A DNA stretch of 63,984 nt, filler included, from Octopus bimaculoides (lineage: Eukaryota), in assembly GCF_001194135.2 (NCBI RefSeq). It is 6 parts of 6 records of this genome, joined end to end, with 100 filler letters (N's around TTAATTAATTAA, not from the genome) between each part and the next. Parts side by side here need not be neighbours in the genome. Positions count along the whole stretch, not along the records: positions 26,082 to 48,067 come from NC_068999.1; positions 48,168 to 55,775 come from NC_068998.1; 4 more parts are not named here. One strand, given 5' to 3'. Below, in pieces: positions 42,125 to 55,444 of the stretch; within the stretch, counting starts at the first letter, position 1, and each line of letters begins with the position of its first letter. The notes beneath the pieces were generated by a model that saw nothing but the letters and a program-made list of their open reading frames with translations, was not told the origin of the DNA and did no database searches. The translations under genes were made by a program, and so were the position numbers.

Positions 42125-42925
42125 TCCAAAATGCCTCTGAGTGTCGTATCATATCATATCTTTTAACCATCAAGTGTCGAAGTGCTTCTCTTGGCCAGGA
42201 TCGCATACATGACGCTGATAACATCATAAGACTTAGAAGGCAGCTCCTTTAGCAACATTCCTTCTCTGACAACCTTAGATACTTCCCTAAAGACGTCGCA
42301 CGATTCTACCGCAACGTATCATCAGATGAAAGGATGAGAATATATGAGCAGAAATTTATACATGGATATGTTAGTAGAAAGCTCCGAGATGATAGTAACA
42401 TTGAACATCAATGCAGTCTGTTATAGACCATTAGCCGAATTACTACCTCCCACTTTGAAGGATATGCGTTTGCAATCCAGGAATAGGAAATATCAGCCAA
42501 ATACCTGATGCACAAAAGGGCTAGGGATGCAGGAAAAGCAGTAAAATGTGACAACTGATGCGGACTTTGTGGAGTTAACACCGAAGATATCATCTACATC
42601 ATATGAAGTTGTCCAAAAATGTCAAGGCGGTGTTATCTACCGATGTGGACACTCTATAATGTAATCCGTCGGAAGGATAACCACTAGGACAAAGAATTAA
42701 GAAACCATAGTGTGGTAGAAGCTGAAGACAACTGAACAAGAGAACACTTACGCTGAACTACTGAGAAATCTACAGTTACTCTATCCAGATATCAACATCA
42801 AGTTTATACCTGTAATTATTGGGATTCTGGGATATTTAACATACTGCCCAAATACCAATCTTGAGAAACTAGGCTTTTCAAAACTAGAAAGGGGAAAGCT
42901 AATTCGAAGACTACAGATCTGAAAA
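42125..42925 (+). mobile_element. R4/Dong-like non-LTR retrotransposon (restriction-like endonuclease type), C-terminal fragment
   Basis: FIHGYV; EGYAFAIQE*EISAKYL; CGLCGVNTEDIIYII*SCPKM (zinc-knuckle remnant); KFIPVIIGILG..LEKLG. These match the R4-clade C-terminal pattern; stops and deletions present. Confidence 0.75.
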
Positions 42926-44544
42926 ACACCTGTAAAATTTGATAATTAAAGGTTTTTAGTCTTAAATAGTCTAGCTTTAATTATTACACCAGTAAAATAT
43001 GTGCTAATATTATCTTTATAATTATTTTAACCTTAAACTTCGTTCAAATTGTATTTAAAACGATAATAATTTATTTAAGCTGTTTTTTGTATATAATATG
43101 CTTGTTAGCATGTATTATAATGGATGTAGGGATGATTATTGAATGTTTACTATTTTGATAATTTTAATAATATTTTTCGATCTTTATAAAATAAGTATTT
43201 TATATAAATTCATTTGGTACTTATTGTTGGTTGATATATACATTTATTTATTATTATTATTGTTGTATTTTGACCTGACGATTAGCTGTATTTTTGAATA
43301 GAATTTATTTTCGATAATTTTAATTGATTTTAATCAATTTAAATTTCCTTTCTATTTGAAAATTAGTTATGAAACACGTGTAGTTATATTATTATCTTTA
43401 TCTTATGATATTTACCTTGAATTATATTATACTCATTTATTATGCTTTTAATTATAAATGTTTCTATATGTGACAGTTAATTTTCATCGATGAGTTCATG
43501 AACCTAGGTTCTTTTCCCTAAAACTATATATATATAAGTGAAGTATATTTGCCACTTAAATGTGGCTGACCCCTAAGGGTGGATGTTACTGTTGCTTTTA
43601 GCCTCGTGTGTATATGTACACACACACACACACACACATACACACACATACANNNNNNNNNNNNNNNNNNNNNNNNNNNNNNNNNNNNNNNNNNNNNNNN
43701 NNNNNNNNNNNNNNNNNNNNNNNNNNNNNNNNNNNNNNNNNNNNNNNNNNNNNNNNNNNNNNNNNNNNNNNNNNNNNNNNNNNNNNNNNNNNNNNNNNNN
43801 NNNNNNNNNNNNNNNNNNNNNNNNNNNNNNNNNNNNNNNNNNNNNNNNNNNNNNNNNNNNNNNNNNNNNNNNNNNNNNNNNNNNNNNNNNNNNNNNNNNN
43901 NNNNNNNNNNNNNNNNNNNNNNNNNNNNNNNNNNNNNNNNNNNNNNNNNNNNNNNNNNNNNNNNNNNNNNNNNNNNNNNNNNNNNNNNNNNNNNNNNNNN
44001 NNNNNNNNNNNNNNNNNNNNNNNNNNNNNNNNNNNNNNNNNNNNNNNNNNNNNNNNNNNNNNNNNNNNNNNNNNNNNNNNNNNNNNNNNNNNNNNNNNNN
44101 NNNNNNNNNNNNNNNNNNNNNNNNNNNNNNNNNNNNNNNNNNNNNNNNNNNNNNNNNNNNNNNNNNNNNNNNNNNNNNNNNNNNNNNNNNNNNNNNNNNN
44201 NNNNNNNNNNNNNNNNNNNNNNNNNNNNNNNNNNNNNNNNNNNNNNNNNNNNNNNNNNNNNNNNNNNNNNNNNNNNNNNNNNNNNNNNNNNNNNNNNNNN
44301 NNNNNNNNNNNNNNNNNNNNNNNNNNNNNNNNNNNNNNNNNNNNNNNNNNNNNNNNNNNNNNNNNNNNNNNNNNNNNNNNNNNNNNNNNNNNNNNNNNNN
44401 NNNNNNNNNNNNNNNNNNNNNNNNNNNNNNNNNNNNNNNNNNNNNNNNNNNNNNNNNNNNNNNNNNNNNNNNNNNNNNNNNNNNNNNNNNNNNNNNNNNN
44501 NNNNNNNNNNNNNNNNNNNNNNNNNNNNNNNNNNNNNNNNNNNN

Positions 44545-44623
<79 letters not shown>

Positions 44624-45499
44624 CGCTACTGCTTTCCACTTCTATTTTGTCTTTCTCCGCTACTTGCAATTCGGTTCAATTACTCACCGTCTCTCTTTTA
44701 CCTCCTCCCTCCCTTTCTTATCGCTCTTTGTTTCTCTTCTTCTCTGTTTCTCTCTTTCTGTCTCCAACTCTCATATTCTCATCATTGACGTCCGTCCCAT
44801 CTTCACTTGTTTTTTTCTCTCGAGTTTTACAGTCAGTGTGTTTACAGACTAAGACACCTTCCTTTGTCATTAACCATTCAAACGGAACGAAGAATACACT
44901 TTGTTGATCGTCTTTTACTTCTTACCACTTATCTTTAGTTTTATATTTTATTTATCATTTATAACATTTACTTATTTATTATTTATCTTTTTACATATTT
45001 ATTTAATTGTTTATTTATTTATTCGTCCATCAACCATAATGTCAGACTTTACTTCCCGCTTCACAATTTTCTCTTGTTTGTTTCTTTATATCTATAATCC
45101 CTCATCAACGTCTTGGTGAATAACTGTTTAGCGACATTCCTTTTTTTTTTTACGTCTTTCTATATTGCCTTTTACAGTGTCTTTTTTCCCCTGGTCACTC
45201 TGTAAGCATGTGTCTCTATGAATGAGAGCATTCAAGAGAGAACTAGTGTCTAATACAGAGGGGAGAATAGAGAGGATAAACTAGAGGAAGACAGAACGAG
45301 ATGAGAGTGAGAGAGATATAAAGAGAAGAAACAGTCATAGAGAAAGAAGCTTTCTGCTTTAGCTGTTTGGCACTTTTGCTGTTTCTTTAGTTAAGTATCG
45401 TTTAATTGTTATATCATCTTTGTTGATTGTTTATAAAATCATTCATTATTTCCATCATTTTGTACATCAAATATTTTCTTATCCTTTTCTGTCATACAT

Positions 45500-45735
45500 T
45501 TTTTGTTGTTGTTGTTGTTGTTGTTGTTGTTCTTCTTCTTCTTCTTCTTCTTCTACTACTACTACTACTACTACTCCCTCTTCCTCCTCCTCCTCCTCCA
45601 CCGTTTCTTCTTCTACTTCTTCTGCTTCTTCTTCTTCTTCTTCTTCTTCTTCTTCTTCTTCTTCTACTACTACTACTACTTCCTCCTCCTCCTCCGTTTC
45701 TTCTTCTTCTTCTTCTTCTTCTCCTTCTTCTTCTT

Positions 45736-45766
<31 letters not shown>

Positions 45767-45812
45767 CTCCTCCTCCTCCGCTTCTTCTTCTTCTGATGAT
45801 GATGATGATGAT
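45500..45812. repeat. Compound trinucleotide array with higher-order (TTC)n(TAC)n(TCC)n-CCG unit, three times
   Basis: Seen directly. Confidence 0.85.
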
Positions 45813-45819
45813 TTCAAAT

Positions 45820-46330
45820 TTTAGGGCAAGGCCAACTAGATGGGGAAGGGAATGGGCCAGCTATATCATTGACACCAGTACGCAACAGGTACTTATTTCA
45901 TCGGATTCGGAATGATGAAAGGCTAAGTGGATCTCGGCAAAATTTTAATTCAGAATTTGAAGGGGCATTAAACACCCTGCGTGCTTAACTATTCTGCCAA
46001 GCTCGCCGCCTCAGGAATAATAATATTTTCTACTCTATACACAAGGCCCGAAATTTTTGGGGGAAGGAGCCAGTTGATTAAATCGACCCTAGTACGGAAC
46101 TGGTACTTAATTTATCAACGCTGAAAAGATGAAAGGCAAAGACGACTGCGGCGGAATTTGAACACAGAACTTAATGATATACCAAATACCTCTAAGTATT
46201 TCACCCGGCGTGCTAACGTTTCTGCCAGCTCAGTGCCTCAGAAATTATAATAATAAAAATGATAATAACAACAATAACCATAATAAAAATAATAATAATA
46301 ATTATTATTATTATAATAATTATAATAATA

Positions 46331-46374
<44 letters not shown>

Positions 46375-46605
46375 GATGATGATGAGTATTTCAATTTTTA
46401 GCACCAGTCCAGCAGTTTCTGAGCAAGGTGTGAGTCCTGGTACATCGTCTTCATTACGCAACTGGTACTTATTTTATCGAGCCCAAAAGAATGACAGAAC
46501 AATGTTGACCCCGGTGGAGTGTGAACCCAGAACGCAAAGACGGACGAAATACCGCCAAGTAATATTTCGTAGTGTGCTAAAAATGCTGTCAGTTCAGCGT
46601 CTTAG
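45820..46605 (-). mobile_element. Three family A SINE copies (45820-46012, 46030-46240, 46445-46605) interleaved with (AAT)n/(GAT)n arrays
   Basis: Each shows the reverse-complemented head (..TGCCAGCTCGCCGCC or a variant) and the core GGTACTTA.TT.ATC. Confidence 0.8.
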
Positions 46606-46708
46606 AAAGAAAAACAAGAGCAGCACCAACAACAAGATGAGTTGCAATAATAATAATGAAAATTGTCCTGAAAATTGGCGTGTATACATAGAGAGACCAT
46701 CATCTAAC

Positions 46709-46954
46709 CCTGGCGATTTCTGACTTTTCCAGTCGCTTATCTTCTCTCGTATTACAGTGGCCGTTATTGGCTAATGTCTGCAATTCAATGAGAATTCCAG
46801 TTCTGTTGAGTTGTTGGGTGAACATCACCTCAACATTCTCTTCATGCTCCTCCAGAATGGCAGAAATCTTCGCCGGATCACGGTGACCCCGCAAATTCTT
46901 GATTTGAACTCGAGTCAACATTTTACCCATCTTATTGGGAAACAGTCCAAAAGC
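46709..46954 (-). CDS. Candidate internal coding exon (82 codons, phase 0/0), product unidentified
   Basis: Acceptor CTCCAG|GCT and donor AGG|GTTAGA. Reads AFGLFPNKMGKMLTRVQIKNLRGHRDPAKISAILEEHEENVEVMFTQQLNRTGILIELQTLANNGHCNTREDKRLEKSEIAR. Other minus frames close within 13 codons, first codon positions are purine-rich, there is an in-register antisense shadow ORF, and the sequence is non-repetitive. Confidence 0.5.
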
Positions 46955-48167
46955 CTGGAGTGTGCAACTTATAGTAGTCATTCCTCTGGATGCATATACC
47001 AGCTACCATCCCATTTTCTTTACCTTTCTCTATATGTAGCACTGAGGGCCACATATCTTCCAGGCATTTTTCGTACACACACACAAACACACACATNNNN
47101 NNNNNNNNNNNNNNNNNNNNNNNNNNNNNNNNNNNNNNNNNNNNNNNNNNNNNNNNNNNNNNNNNNNNNNNNNNNNNNNNNNNNNNNNNNNNNNNNNNNN
47201 NNNNNNNNNNNNNNNNNNNNNNNNNNNNNNNNNNNNNNNNNNNNNNNNNNNNNNNNNNNNNNNNNNNNNNNNNNNNNNNNNNNNNNNNNNNNNNNNNNNN
47301 NNNNNNNNNNNNNNNNNNNNNNNNNNNNNNNNNNNNNNNNNNNNNNNNNNNNNNNNNNNNNNNNNNNNNNNNNNNNNNNNNNNNNNNNNNNNNNNNNNNN
47401 NNNNNNNNNNNNNNNNNNNNNNNNNNNNNNNNNNNNNNNNNNNNNNNNNNNNNNNNNNNNNNTATATATATATATATATATATGTGTATAAATATATATA
47501 TGTTTGTATAAACATATACATACATACACTTATACATACATGCATACATAAATACTTATATGTATACGCATATATATACATATATATGTGTGTGTTTGTG
47601 TGTGTGTGTATGAATGTGTGCATGTATATATGGATGGATGGATAGATGTATAAAACCATGTATATGAATTAAAAAGCTTATTTATTACATATATATATAT
47701 TGAAAAATGGATGTATGGATACATGCATAGATATATAGATGCATACACAGACACGCATATATATGTATATATGTTTTGCAGTGTTTTTCTATTTATGCAT
47801 ATGTACAATGACAGAGGGAACGAGAGAGGAAGAGGGAGAGAGAGAGAGAGACAGAGAGAGAGACAGACAGAGTGATTGAGAGAGAAGGAGACTGAAGTAT
47901 ACGGAGAAAATGAGTTAACGTGGTATGTCGATCCGTTCCTTGTCTAACTGTCTCTTTTCTTGTCTCACTTCATTCCTATGTGAGTATGTGTGCGTGCGAA
48001 TGCAGCTTAGATTACAGTGATTATATGTATGTATATATACATACACACACACACACACACACACACANNNNNNNNNNNNNNNNNNNNNNNNNNNNNNNNN
48101 NNNNNNNNNNNTTAATTAATTAANNNNNNNNNNNNNNNNNNNNNNNNNNNNNNNNNNNNNNNNNNNN

Positions 48168-48202
<35 letters not shown>

Positions 48203-48460
48203 TTTTGTGTATTTGTGTGTGTGCATTAAAGCATACGAACATGAACACACATGTATGCATACACATACATGTAATTATACATGTGTCTATACATATATAT
48301 GGATATATATATATGTATATATGTAAATATATATGTGTGGATATATATATTATATATATATATATATGTATGCATGTCTACAAATATACATATATGAGTG
48401 TGTGTGTATCTATGCAGTGAAAGGGAGATCATGTGTGTGTATGTGTGTCTGTAATATGTG

Positions 48461-48507
<47 letters not shown>

Positions 48508-49826
48508 AAATATCTTTAAATAACATCTTAATGTATCCGCAGACAGATTGGCTTACAGTTACACGTGTATATTGTATTTTAAATAAAACTTCAAAATATG
48601 AACAGTTTCCACATTTCTTCTATATAATGTTACTTGAACTTCACACACTAACCAATCTCAAGAATTGGTGGGTATTGTGAAACAAAATGTAACTCAGAAG
48701 TTGTGTTCCGTAATGCTTATGAAGACCAATATTTTTGGTAATGCGTTGTGTCTTCAAGCACACTTTCAAATTACACACACACACACACAAATGGCACACA
48801 TATGCATGCAATTATACCATGCATGACAAACAACACAGAAGAATATTTCGCTTGAATTCTTCGTTTTATGTTTTTGATTTCTTTTCCTTTCCACACCTAT
48901 GTTCCAAAGGAGGACAATGTCCAAAACACCATAATTCACTCTTTCCACTTCTCCAAGCATCAAACTTGCAATTTTGATTGTAAACCTATCTCAAGTTATT
49001 TTTCTTTATGCTTCTTGTTTCCTATTCTCCCCTCCCTCCCCCTCCCTTTCTTCCTCTCTCTCTCTCTCTCTTTCTGTGTCTCTTTTTGCACACACACACA
49101 CAAACACAAACACACCATACATACACACACACATATGCATGCACGCATACATATATAGACTTTCATGTATGCATATATATATATATGTTTATATAGCATA
49201 ATATATATAATCATAAATATACAGGGGTCAGCATAAGTTGCTTCACCAACATACTGAAAATTTAGAAATAGCAGTCAAAGAACTACTGATTCTAAANNNN
49301 NNNNNNNNNNNNNNNNNNNNNNNNNNNNNNNNNNNNNNNNNNNNNNNNNNNNNNNNNNNNNNNNNNNNNNNNNNNNNNNNNNNNNNNNNNNNNNNNNNNN
49401 NNNNNNNNNNNNNNNNNNNNNNNNNNNNNNNNNNNNNNNNNNNNNNNNNNNNNNNNNNNNNNNNNNNNNNNNNNNNNNNNNNNNNNNNNNNNNNNNNNNN
49501 NNNNNNNNNNNNNNNNNNNNNNNNNNNNNNNNNNNNNNNNNNNNNNNNNNNNNNNNNNNNNNNNNNNNNNNNNNNNNNNNNNNNNNNNNNNNNNNNNNNN
49601 NNNNNNNNNNNNNNNNNNNNNNAATATGGAAATATATACATATACATATTTTAAAAAAACTGTCTGGAATAAAATACAGATATATCTGTAAGGTAAAAAT
49701 ATACTTGTGTTATTATATTTGCACCAAATTTTTTTTCTATTTGTTTCTGTAGTGCAACGAAGTAGGAATTAACACTTGTACACACACACACACACTTTGT
49801 ATGTCCCCAATTCACACATATATCTA

Positions 49827-49869
<43 letters not shown>

Positions 49870-50031
49870 GTGTGCATGTCTGTTTACAAGAATGAATTTC
49901 TACTTCATTGCACCATGGGCACAAATACTGGTAAAAAAAATGGTGCAAACAACAAATACACCAACAAAAATATATTTTTTCATTTACATGTACATACATG
50001 TATGAGAAAACAGATATACACACAGACATGT

Positions 50032-50087
<56 letters not shown>

Positions 50088-50451
50088 TATGTATTCATAT
50101 ATATATATGTATATGTATATGCATATATATATATATATATGTATATGTATATATATGATGTACATACACATAGAGAGATATAGATGTGTACATGTGTGTA
50201 TACATATATGTGTGTGTGTGTGTTTATATATATGTGTGTCTTACCTACAGAGACATACACACACACACACACACCAACTCAAATGTTTACTTACATTGAA
50301 GTAATTGTTTTATATATGTGTATAAATTGTACATCATATTATGTACATACGTATGTATATCTGCATGTATGAGTGCATGCATTTACTTGCATTAATTCTT
50401 AATGCACTTCACCACACACACACACACAGTTCATAACAATTCTTACACACA

Positions 50452-50491
<40 letters not shown>

Positions 50492-51077
50492 AGTATATTA
50501 TTTCCTTTTTAATAGCTTACCAAGAAGTAGGTGACATTTTATCAGCAGTGATTATTAATGTGCTTTTAGTATTGCACTGAACAGGAAATCTTTTGTTGCA
50601 ATAAATAACAATAATAACACCGTTTTGTAGGTTATATAAAATGAACTTCAGCCTTATAAAATATTTCTTGCTTTTAGGATTATTGGCTGTGGAAATACGC
50701 AATACATAATGGAAATATCTAATTACTTCATAAGAACAATACAAAGAATATAGGAAGAACTTTTGATAATCTATTGAAATTTAATTATGAAATAGTAGAA
50801 CATTATCAACTGCATGTGATTATTACAAAGAGTTTATCTTGTTATTTCCCCTTCATACTAATTGATATTGATAAGTATTTTTCGCAACTCGCTTTGCAGT
50901 CAAATGTTACTGTATGTAGGTAAGGCAGTGTTAGCTGATTGAGCTAGTGTCATGTTTCATAGTTCAATTCAACTATGAGTTGCAGAAACATTAAACAGGA
51001 GAAATATTTTGTTAAGAGTGAAACAGTTTTGTGTTGAACATTCCATGCATTGTTACTGATACTAAACTGGTGACAGT

Positions 51078-51395
51078 GAAGGCACATGGCTCTGTAGCTA
51101 AGATACTTGGCTCATGGTGGCAAACTTTTGAGTCTGATTCCCAGCAGCATAGAGTGTCCTTGAGCCAGGCATTTTATTTCATATTGCTCCAGTCCATTCA
51201 GCTGGTAAACATGTGCTGTACCTGTAATTCAAAGAGCCACACTTGTCACATGTTGTTTCATGCTAAATCTCTCTGAAAACTACATTAAGTGTACATGTAT
51301 CTGTGGAGTGCTCAACCACTTGCATGTTAATTTTACAAGCGGGCTATTTTGTTGATCAGATCAATTGGAACAATTCTTATCATAACCAACAGAGT
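51078..51395 (+). mobile_element. CORE-like SINE, CpG-depleted copy
   Basis: GAAGGCACATGGCTC head; GTGTCCTTGAGCCAGGCATTTTATTTCATATTGCTCCAGTCCATTCAGCTG core. Confidence 0.65.
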
Positions 51396-51856
51396 GTTTA
51401 TTTATAAGTAAGTGGTGTTCTTGTTCTTTAACCCAAGGTTAACTTCTAATCCTAACAACATCTTTCTTGCACTAATCATCGCATCCTATTGTAGTTCCAT
51501 GACAACATCAACGAATGTGTCCTTTCCCTTTTTAAGTCAGCAAGCCTGAAGCAGATTTGGATGCTGGGTCTCAAAATTAAAATAGGTGCTTCTAGAAACT
51601 TCCACCCTTTCTTGTGTGTCTGTATATGCATGTATTTCTGTATATGTCAGTGGGTGGGCTTATCACACAAAAGTGTACTTGTTTTCTTAATTAAAAGGAA
51701 TTTTTTGAGAAAATTAGCACATCATGCCTAGTAATGAATTATTGTCCATTATAATTAACAACAAAATCGATGTGGGTACATATTTTATTTGCATGAAAAA
51801 GTATTGGCATTGGCACCTACTGATGCCCAGATGTTAAGATAGAACATAAATAATGA

Positions 51857-51895
<39 letters not shown>

Positions 51896-52179
51896 ATGCA
51901 TGCGTGTTTGTGGAGGCATGTAGCTTAGGGATTAGAGTGTTGTGTTCATAATTGAAAGATTGTGATTTTGATTTCTGACCAGGCAATGCGTCATGTCCTT
52001 GAGCAAGACACTTCATTTCATGTTGCTCCAGTTCACTCAACAGGCCAAAAATGAGTAATCCTGCAGTGAACTGGCTTATTGCTTGGGAAACTGGTCTTGT
52101 GAGCCCATAGCTCAGAAAGGACCTGTGAGACTTTATATATATATATATATATATACAGTGCAGTGGTTATACAGAGACA

Positions 52180-52680
52180 GGCATGGTTGTGTGGTAAGAA
52201 GCTTGCTTCCCTACTACATGATTCCAGGTTCAGTCCCACTGCATGACATCCCTTGGACAAGTGTCTTCTACTATAGCCTTGGGTCGAATAAAGCATTGTG
52301 AGTTGATTTGGTAGACAGAAACTGAAAGAAGCCCATTGTGCATATAATATATATATATATATATATNNNNNNNNNNNNNNNNNNNNNNNNNNNNNNNNNN
52401 NNNNNNNNNNNNNNNNNNNNNNNNNNNNNNNNNNNNNNNNNNNNNNNNNNNNNNNNNNNNNNNNNNNNNNNNNNNNNNNNNNNNNNNNNNNNNNNNNNNN
52501 NNNNNNNNNNNNNNNGTTTATGTCCCTGAAATTAGCAGTTTGGTAAAAGGGACCAATCGAATAAGTACTAGGCTTACAAAGAATAAGTCCTGGGGTCGAT
52601 TTCTTTGACTAAAGGTGGTGCTCCAGCATGACCACAGTCAAATGACTGAAACAAGTAAAATAATAAAAGAATAAAAGAAT
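52180..52680 (+). mobile_element. SINE family B, full length (internal microsatellite partly gapped), CpG-depleted
   Basis: A-box TGGTTGTGTGGT, B-box GGTTCAGTCCC, then the same body and tail as 23975-24300. Confidence 0.88.
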
Positions 52681-52682
52681 AT

Positions 52683-52721
<39 letters not shown>

Positions 52722-54421
52722 AGCAGACACACGTACATTCTTGCATACATATGTATGAGTGTGCATGAGTGTATTTGCGTGTGCACATGTACAAACTTAT
52801 CGGTACACCCCTACACAAACAAATTGATATTTGCACTGATAGGCAAATAGAAATACTATACTAAACCTTCTTGGTATATTACTGTCAAAAGTAGACACCT
52901 ATGTAATTATTTTAACTGATGAAAAAAAAAGAAAGAAAAGAAATTTAAACAAAACTAATTGTACAAGCAATAAAATAACCTCCATTTGGCCAGTTGGTCT
53001 GCTAGCAATAGTAACCAAATCTCCCTTAAATCATTCATGACAGTTTGCAAAGCAGACGATGCAGTGTATAACGTAATTTTAAAAGAGACTATGGTAGAAA
53101 GCAAAAGAACAAAGCAGGCATGCCTGGAACATCTTTGATCGTAGTTCTTTCTGATCAGGTCTGACCTGAGGTTAAACAATGACCTAACCAAAATGAATAA
53201 ATCCATTGGTAATTCTTATAAATTGCTGTCGGTAACTTCTCATCTTAGTAACTTGGCACTACTAATTTATATTGTGTAATTTATAGTATAGCTTTTTTTT
53301 TATTTCTTGGTTTCTGGTTTCTTTGGAAATATTTTAATTGAAAAGATCAGTGATATGGTGTTTGACTGCAAATCATGATCTAGCTAAAACTATTTTCTCA
53401 ATAGCGTTTATGATATCACTACTTCAAACTCAGACTACTATTGCCTTACCTAATTTTCATATATTGTGTCTGTTAAAAGTGTTCTTCTGACTTTGTGATT
53501 AAGTATTGATTTATTCTTATGAATGGCTTATAATCCAACATGTGTATACTTGCTTCATTTCATAATGAATCCTTAAATCTTAACTAAGAACTAGGAAATA
53601 ATGAAAGGGAAATATTTTATAGAAGACTATTTCCACTCAATCTACTGCCATTGTTTGTTCAATTGAGGTCAATTGTCAGCAGAGTAATTTATTGATGGAT
53701 AGATAGATGTACACACTTATCAATGGTGTAAGGTGGGTTCACAGAGGTTAAGTGGGTGGAGGTTTGTTGAAGTATTTTGATCATCTGCAGGCTAATGGTC
53801 AGACAAAATGCTCTAGTCTGGCAAGAATAGAACAGAGTGAGAGAAGATGAAAAATGAAAGAGGCAGGATGGAAAAGAAAGAGAGAGAAAGACAATAGAAA
53901 TATATCTTGGACAGGAAGATATAAGGATAAAGAATTATAGAATTTCTGATTTATGAATAAATTAACTCTTTTATTTTATTTTATTCTAATTTGTCATTGG
54001 ACTGCAGCCATATTAGCACATCACTTTAAACCTTTTTGTTACCATATTTTTGTGGAAATACACCGCTTGTATTTAAATGAATTTTGAAAATAATTAAGAA
54101 TTTAATAAAAAAATTTTTTTATCAATATTAAGCTAATGATTGGAGCATAAATTAACCACAGATTTTCATGGAATGTTTAAATTTAGATCACTTAAAAGCC
54201 TGAGGTTTGCATCATAAAACCAAAGGAATTCTCAGGTGGATTGGTAACAAAAGGGTTAAGGCTATTAATCAAATCTTCCCATATTTTACTTCTTTAATGA
54301 CTGGTACCTATTTTGTCAATATCTATTTTGCTGAACTAGTGTATTATGGAGACAAACAAACACATATACACACACATACACACACATAAGGTGCACACAC
54401 AAACAGATATATCTATATATA

Positions 54422-54461
<40 letters not shown>

Positions 54462-54479
54462 TAACCATTTTCTCACACC

Positions 54480-54527
54480 GTCTCCGATGAAGAGATATAT
54501 AAAATATCCCGGAAACAGCTGGAAGAC
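54480..54527 (+). ncRNA. Minimal hammerhead-like motif (PLE type), mutated at the cleavage site
   Basis: GTCT-CCGATGA-A-GAGATAT(ataaa)ATATCCC-G-GAAACAGCTG-G-A-AGAC. Stem I GTCT/AGAC. Stem III would be the palindrome ACAGCTGT (intact at 269-276), but U16.1 is G here; U4 is C. Confidence 0.5.
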
Positions 54528-54799
54528 CTATTTATATATGTTCTGAAATCTTTCACAGCCTTGGATTTTTATCTCATTTTTATCTCATATATATATATAT
54601 AAATTAGTGTACATTTATGCACAAAGAGGCGAGCCCTTAACAGGTTGCCTGACATACTAGAAAGACTAGTCAAAAAGTTCAAACCACAGTTAAGAGCAAT
54701 TTCGCAGGGAATGCAAAATAAAAAAAACATTTACCATGTTTTACAGCCGGACCTCAGGTTTCGAACTTATATACATATATACAATAATAATAATAACAA

Positions 54800-55425
54800 T
54801 CATACACAGACACATGTATCAGATTTATCTTTATGTTCATAAACAAATTTTAAACGGGCATATCTATGCCTTTTAGTCAACAGTGGAGTTTTTCTAGGAG
54901 AGCATGACTTCAGTTCATTTGTATGAAGTCCATTGCTGATTGTTAATAGTGTAACACTAGTCCCTGAAGCTAATAAATCTTCTTGCAACTCCTTTCTGGG
55001 TTTTTTCGATACTTCACTTCATTTTTCTTAAAGATCTAGGGGAAATCTTGCATGGTGCACCGGATCTTATTCTGTTTTCAACAGTTCCCGATTTTTTATA
55101 TGTTTGAATAAATGAAGATATAGTAGAAAATGGAATACAAAGGGTCTTTGATATTTTCCTATAACATTTACCTGATTTTCCACTGTTCAATAATTAAGTT
55201 TTTCACTAAATTTGTGAGTTCTTTACTTTTCGCCATTATTATGGCACTACTTTATGTTGTCTCGGTGCTGAATGAAGAAGCTAGCGTTTTGACACTTAAA
55301 AATGACAACTGATGAGATTATTGGAACAAACGAGAAAGTTCTAGTTAAAAAAAAAATATTTTAACAGTATTTTGTGGCATAGAAACTCATAATTTTATTC
55401 TGTACGAATAGTTTTTCACCCCTAA
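54800..55425 (-). mobile_element. Tc1-family transposon 5' half (terminus plus N-terminal DNA-binding region)
   Basis: ATG at 55236 gives MAKSKELTNLVKNLIIEQWK..CYRKISKTLCIPFSTISSFIQTYKKSGTVENRIRSGAPCKIS, then LKSCSPRKTPLLTKRHRYARLKFVYEHKDK (Tc1 HTH signature). Terminus-like GGGGTGAAAAACTATTCGTACAG near 55400-55425. Confidence 0.85.
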
Positions 55426-55444
55426 ATATTTATTTCCCCCGGAG

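Noticed and set aside
45420-45915. Poly-Ser, poly-Glu, poly-Leu and poly-Phe ORFs
   Set aside because: These are translations of a compound trinucleotide microsatellite.
46811-47096. Plus-strand ORF (LGEHHLNILFMLLQNGRNLRR...) with an LRR-like look
   Set aside because: It is the in-register antisense shadow of the minus-strand candidate exon, has no good acceptor and runs into (CA)n.
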